64,000 nt of DNA from Mobula hypostoma (taxonomy: Eukaryota), in assembly GCF_963921235.1 (NCBI RefSeq), contig NC_086100.1, positions 60,574,001 to 60,638,000 of the forward strand. Direction: 5' to 3'. The notes beneath the pieces are model-generated. The model saw only the letters and a program-made list of their open reading frames with translations. It had not been told where the DNA came from and did no database searches. The position numbers and the translations under genes were made by a program. Shown piece by piece: positions 63,180 through 64,000 of this stretch (positions are counted from its first letter, which is position 1; each line of letters opens with the position of its first letter).

Positions 63180-63925
63180 AAATAAAGAAAGCTGTAAATG
63201 TAAAAGGGCAAGATGCTGAAAACCTGAAGCAAAAAAGAAACAAGTTGTTGAAAACACTCGCATGTCGTGCAGCGATTGTGCAGAAATAAGGACAACTTTT
63301 CAGAGGATGACCTTTCATCTCAACCGGGGGAAAGCAGAAATAAGATAAATCGTAAATTACAGAGAAAAGAGGGGGTGGGGTAGTGCGGTGTAGATGGGAT
63401 GGCGATCAAGAGAGATAAAATATTACATTCATTGCGCACTATACAGTTTCTGCTACACAAAAACAGATTGGATGGTCTAAATCAAACGTGTTCAATCCAC
63501 AGGGATGACCCACACCTTTCATCTGGCTGCCCTTAACTCAGGAGCCTGCCATCTCTTCTAACCACTCTTTCATAAGTTCAAGTACTACATTTTCCTGATC
63601 CAACATTGAATTCACCAATCTCAGATAATCAACCTGTTCAACCTTAAAATATTTAATCTGCATTCTATTCCTGTCCTCTCCTGGTAATTTCGGAGTTCAA
63701 TGTTCCCTACACCCCTCTCCCCATACACACACTATGCTTTTCACCACATTCTGCACCTTCAGACCACTTGTCTAATCTAGACTTGCCCTCTTTTGCACTC
63801 ACTCACTCTCCTCCTTCCCACAAATTTTAACTTGCTTTATTTGTACTATTTCATAGTTTTAGTTAAAGATCACCGATCTGTTACTCTCTCCGCAAATACT
63901 GCCTAAAATGCCTAGCATTTTCTCT
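63180..63925. mobile_element. Highly decayed Penelope-like relic in PPM1L intron
   Basis: GATGCTGAAAACCTGAAGCAA..ACACTC terminus, CAACATTGAATTCACCAAT, pyrimidine tract and opposite terminus. Confidence 0.5.
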
Positions 63926-64000
63926 TTTTTCATATATATGGAAGTATAATGCTATTTTATTAGAAGATGAAGTATGTGTTGAGGCGTTTTAAATTTGTTA

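Overview
Vertebrate nuclear DNA. The repeat landscape (CR1, Rex1/Babar, Penelope-like and V-SINE/HE1-type elements) suggests a cartilaginous fish, probably a ray; this is inference. The window holds the complete coding sequence of NMD3 on the minus strand: 15 GT-AG coding exons from 50669 to 383, 1515 nt, 504 aa, with all splice phases consistent. About 11.4 kb away and head-to-head with it lies the first coding exon of PPM1L (62049-62447, +). Each gene has a CpG-rich promoter region. Introns and intergenic DNA are filled with nested transposon relics: CR1, Rex1/Babar, L1, a Gypsy gag-pro-IN remnant, Penelope-like GIY-YIG elements, SINEs, and Tigger, Tc1 and Chapaev3 DNA transposons. The most interesting unannotated signal is catalytic RNA inside these repeats. 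(i) A 560-bp non-coding retroelement flanked by a target-site duplication (TSD) at 53195-53755 (-) starts at an HDV-like nested-pseudoknot ribozyme fold with an atypical hairpin in L3; a 40-bp sibling insertion is at 31511. (ii) Six minimal hammerhead motifs occur in Penelope-like elements. Other points of note are a ~300-bp hairpin inside a Tigger element, a Chapaev3 element with both TIRs and a TTA TSD, and an NMD3/PPM1L orientation that differs from human. Repeat boundaries without a TSD or TIR are approximate, and family names come from recognised motifs, not database searches.
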